From Alphaproteobacteria bacterium (lineage in GTDB: Bacteria > Pseudomonadota > Alphaproteobacteria > SP197), in the NCBI GenBank assembly GCA_964291265.2, contig OZ219747.1, positions 576,001-640,000 of the forward strand: a stretch of 64,000 bases of DNA, in the 5' to 3' direction. Position numbers and translations under genes: made by a program. Numbering within the stretch: the first letter of the stretch is position 1; each line of letters opens with the position of its first letter. The notes under the pieces were generated by a model, which was not told the origin of the DNA, searched no databases, and was given only the letters and a program-made list of their open reading frames with translations. Shown here piece by piece: positions 60,549 through 64,000 of this stretch.

Positions 60549-61503
60549 CGGTCTCTCCCTTCGCGGCGCCAGGAACCTGCGGCTGATGCGGGCGCGCGGA
60601 ACCTCACCTTGCCGTAGCTCCAAGTGTCCCGGAACGCCACGCTATCCGCCTACCTGACCATGGGCAAGGGGCGGAGGACATGGCCGCGGCAGGGAGTGCC
60701 TGCAGCCCGCTTATCCCGTCAGGCTTTCGGGGCTTTGGTCGATTCCGTCCGGAGGACATCACGACGAATGCGCCACGCGACGTTGCGGTGCATGGTCTCA
60801 TCACGGTTGCCCGGGCGGAGCAGCGTCACCGCGTCCCGCGCGAACCTTCGTTCTCCCGTCCCCCCGCCATCATGTCCCGAGCGGCAGACAACGAGACCCT
60901 TCGTGACCTGAATTCGGGCGGTCAGCGCCAGGGAGCTCCCTTGGGTCGAGAGCATCGATGGCGCGAGTTCGACGGGGAACCGGGTGACGCTCAAGGCGCT
61001 TCTCCTGGCGACCGTTGCGATGCGGCCCCAACTGTTCAGCGTCTTCCTGTTCCCGGAATCCGCCCATGGTTCCCGGCTGTTGTCAGATGCAGCATGGGTC
61101 GATGACAGCAAGCTGTTGATGGCTCGAACGCGATGCACCCACCGGCGGCAACGAGACTGGATCGCAGGCCCACCTTGGGCCGCTGATCGGTGACGCCTTT
61201 CAGCCTGCCATTGATCAGTGACAGATCTTCCCGGCCTGCAGCTCGAGCGGCGCTTGAGAGGCGTCGCCCCCCGAACCGTGGCGCGGCTTTCGGGCAGCAT
61301 CATGGGAAGCACGATACGACGAGGCACGTGCGGAACTTCGCACGGTCGTTGTCGGCTGTTGATGGCGGCCCCTGCATGCGCCACGAACCGCGCGCGGCTG
61401 TCGGTCCCGCAGCGACCGACGACGGTCGGCTGCGGGCACGCTTGCCGTCGAGGTTGCCAAGGAAACGGGCTCCCTCATCGTCCGGGCGGAACAGCGCCGC
61501 TGT

Positions 61504-62262
61504 TCAGCGCCGGGGTCGCAGCACGTGGTGGTGGGTCTCGTCGTAGAGCATGCTTGAACGGAAATCACCTCCTTCGAGGGCGCGCCCGACGAGAATGAGC
61601 GCCGTGCGCGTGATCCGGGCCTGCTTGACCTTGTCGCGGATGTCATCGAGCGTGCCGTGGATCAGCAACTCGTCGGCCCAGCTGACACGGAATGCGACAA
61701 TCACAGGACAGTCGCCTCCGCAGACCGGAACCAGGGTGCGCACCACGCGTGCGAGATTGTTGATCGAAAGATGGATCGCGAGAGTGGCCCCGGTGCGGGC
61801 GAGGTCGGCGAGATTCTCCCCCTCCGGCATGGCGCTCGCCCGCACGGCGGTCCGCGTGAGGATGACCGTCTGCGAGACCTCCGGCAGGGTGAGTTCCCGG
61901 CCGATGGCGGCGGCAGCGGCGGCAAAGGAGGGAACGCCGGGCGTGATGTCCCAGGCGATGCCGAGAGCATCGAGGCGGCGTATCTGCTCGGCGATGGCGC
62001 CGTAGACCGAGGGGTCGCCGGACTGCAGGCGGGCGACATCGTCGCCGGCGTGGCTGGCCCCGGCCATGAGGTCGATGATCTCGTCGAGATGAAGGGGCGC
62101 GGTATCGACGATGCGGGCATCGGCTGCCGCCTCGGCCACCAGGTCGCGGGGCACCAGGGAACCGGCATAGAGCACCAGTGGCGATGAACGGATCAGCCTC
62201 AGTCCACGCACGGTCACGAGGTCGGCCGCACCCGGTCCGGCGCCGATGAAGTGAACGGTCAT
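61504..62262 (-). CDS. cobM: Precorrin-4 C11-methyltransferase
   Basis: HFIGAGPG, LYAGSLVP, RLQSGDPSVYGA, PEVSQTVILTR. Confidence 0.95.
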   Translation of the reverse strand: MTVHFIGAGPGAADLVTVRGLRLIRSSPLVLYAGSLVPRDLVAEAAADARIVDTAPLHLDEIIDLMAGASHAGDDVARLQSGDPSVYGAIAEQIRRLDALGIAWDITPGVPSFAAAAAAIGRELTLPEVSQTVILTRTAVRASAMPEGENLADLARTGATLAIHLSINNLARVVRTLVPVCGGDCPVIVAFRVSWADELLIHGTLDDIRDKVKQARITRTALILVGRALEGGDFRSSMLYDETHHHVLRPRR

Positions 62263-64000
62263 GAGGCGTCGTAACCGCGCGGCGTGTAGACGACCGTGCA
62301 CCCGCGGTGGCGGTAGCGCCTGGTCCGCGACGAACCGACGATGACGAGGCTCAGCATGTCGACGGCGCCGGCATCCAGGCAAGCCAGTGTCGTGTGCGCC
62401 AGCGAATGCCCCTCGCGCCCCAGCAATCGGCCGATGACCACCGGCGTGGCGGGATCGCGATACTCGAGCAGAATGTCGCGGGCGAGGCCGAGGAGAAGGC
62501 GCCGACGTCCGGACACCGGATTGTAGAAGGCGACCACGAAGTCACCCTCGGCGGCCGCGCGCACGCGGGCGAGCACGGTGTCACGCGGCGTCAGGAGGTC
62601 CGAGAGGGAGATGGCACAGAAATCGTGGCCGATGGGAGCCCCGGACTCCGCTGCCGCGAGCTGCACCGCGGAGATGCCGGGGATCACGCTGATCCCGACA
62701 CCGCGCCACCGGGTGGAACCGTCGACGAGTTCGTGCACTAGGCTTGCCATGGCGTAGATGCCCGGGTCGCCGGAACTGACCAGGACGACCTTCCTGCCGG
62801 CGGCGGCGAGATCGAGGGCATGCCGGCAGCGCTGCGTCTCCTCGCCGAGGCCGAAGGCATGGCGGGTCTTGGAACCCACCAGGGCTGCGATGAGTTCGAG
62901 GTAGGCGCCATAGCCCACCACGTCGCTCGCCTCACCGATGGCCCGGCTTGCCTGCAGGGTCCTCAGATGGTCCGCGCCCGGCCCGAGGCCGACGATCGCC
63001 AGATGGCCCGGCGGCGCACCGACCGCGTCGGCTTCAATGGCGTCCGGCGACCGTGCGACGGCGCAGGTGGCCCGGCGCGACCTGGTCTTTTCGATCACGA
63101 GAGCGCCGGCCTCGCCGGCCACCGCCAGGGCCGCGCCCTCCGCCACGCCGTGGCAGCCGGTGACGGCGTGGACAATGTCTGACGGATGGCGAAGGCGCGG
63201 CAATTCCTCCTCGAGACGTTCGGGAGGAAACACCACCAGGGGAACGTCCAGTCGTTCGGCCAGCGCCAGCATCGCCGGTTCATCGGACTTGAGATCCAGA
63301 CTGGCGACACAGGCGACGGCCTGCTGCGCCAGGCCCGCCGCCGCCAGGGTTTCGAGCACGAGCGAGGTCAGTTCCCCGGCATCGCAACCGCGCTCGCAGC
63401 CGGCGCCGACGGCAAGGACCGGGGGATGCATCACGAGGTCGGCCGACCTGTCCGCCCGGTCGGTCACACAGACCTCGAGATGTCCGTCGTCGCAAGCAAC
63501 GAGTCCCGTCTCGCCGAGCCAGGTTCCATCCCCCACCTCGACACTGAGGCGGACCGCCTCGCCGGCGGCGACAGCGGCCATCACCGGCGCCGTTCGGGAA
63601 GCGGCGGCAAGACGCCAACCACGCGGCATGTCGTCAAGAGCGCGCGCATGGCGCACGTCGCCCAGCGTGGTCGTCACCGCATGGCCGCCCGTCACGTCCG
63701 CGCAGTGGTGCGCCAGCCGGTTGGCGCCCCGATGACCACCGAGAAGCGGGATGATCGATGTTCCGTCCTCGGTCACGGCCAGCAGCGGAGGTTCGTTCAT
63801 CTTGTCGGCGACCAGGGGCGCCACCGCGCGGATCAGGATGCCCGTGGCGCAGACACCGATGACGGGCACGCCGGCAGCGAAGAGTCCCGCCACGTGGTCC
63901 ACTGTCGCCGTGAATGCGACATCGGCATTCCCCACCCGGTGCGCGAGACCGTGCACGCGGGCGCCGGGCAGGCTTCCGGCAATGCGTCTCGCCGTCGGCA
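62259..64000 (-). CDS. cobJ: CbiG-CobJ fusion (precorrin-3B C17-methyltransferase), 5' end outside window
   Basis: CbiG part (GILIR, DEPA, GVAEGAAL); CobJ part (VGLGPG, SSGDPGIYAMA, HDFCAISLSDLLTP, TPRGY). Confidence 0.92.
   Translation of the reverse strand, partial: PTARRIAGSLPGARVHGLAHRVGNADVAFTATVDHVAGLFAAGVPVIGVCATGILIRAVAPLVADKMNEPPLLAVTEDGTSIIPLLGGHRGANRLAHHCADVTGGHAVTTTLGDVRHARALDDMPRGWRLAAASRTAPVMAAVAAGEAVRLSVEVGDGTWLGETGLVACDDGHLEVCVTDRADRSADLVMHPPVLAVGAGCERGCDAGELTSLVLETLAAAGLAQQAVACVASLDLKSDEPAMLALAERLDVPLVVFPPERLEEELPRLRHPSDIVHAVTGCHGVAEGAALAVAGEAGALVIEKTRSRRATCAVARSPDAIEADAVGAPPGHLAIVGLGPGADHLRTLQASRAIGEASDVVGYGAYLELIAALVGSKTRHAFGLGEETQRCRHALDLAAAGRKVVLVSSGDPGIYAMASLVHELVDGSTRWRGVGISVIPGISAVQLAAAESGAPIGHDFCAISLSDLLTPRDTVLARVRAAAEGDFVVAFYNPVSGRRRLLLGLARDILLEYRDPATPVVIGRLLGREGHSLAHTTLACLDAGAVDMLSLVIVGSSRTRRYRHRGCTVVYTPRGYDAS

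Noticed and set aside
58941-60617. 558-aa plus-strand ORF (likewise 25900-27537, 37891-39342, 7764-9095)
   Set aside because: Antisense shadows of real genes, expected in GC-rich DNA; no recognisable motifs.
60900-61060. Possible IS5 transposase scrap (DWREF / LKALLLA-like)
   Set aside because: Too short and degenerate to call.
1-64000. CRISPR array or cas genes
   Set aside because: No regularly spaced repeat-spacer array was seen. The only Cas12-related sequence is the tnpB relic.

Overview
GC-rich bacterial chromosome segment. Gene order (dapD, argB, aapJQMP, engB-truA-fmt-def-recR-ybaB-dnaX-ffs, cobM, cbiG-cobJ) suggests an alphaproteobacterium (inference). Housekeeping blocks (about 3-27 kb and 55.6-64 kb) flank a roughly 28-kb mobile/defence region (27.3-55.4 kb). 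That region holds a type I R-M operon with DarTG and a DUF433/PIN pair nested between hsdS and hsdR, an XRE-ImmA/PIN pair, a Menshen-like triplet and many nested IS elements (IS4, IS66, IS1634, ISNCY, IS1380). Most notable observations: (1) a decayed tnpB bounded by a 21-bp inverted repeat with TGT...ACA ends, atypical for IS200/IS605; (2) two divergent IS4/IS50-type transposases fused to a DUF4338 (DruA-like, possibly Mom/GNAT-like) domain; (3) an IS66 carrying a Dam-like adenine methyltransferase, inserted into darT; (4) an IS1634-derived MITE family, one end of which supplies the hsdR stop codon; (5) every toxin/effector gene is damaged while its partner is intact. No CRISPR array, tRNA or rRNA was seen. 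All family names come from motif recognition by eye, not database searches.
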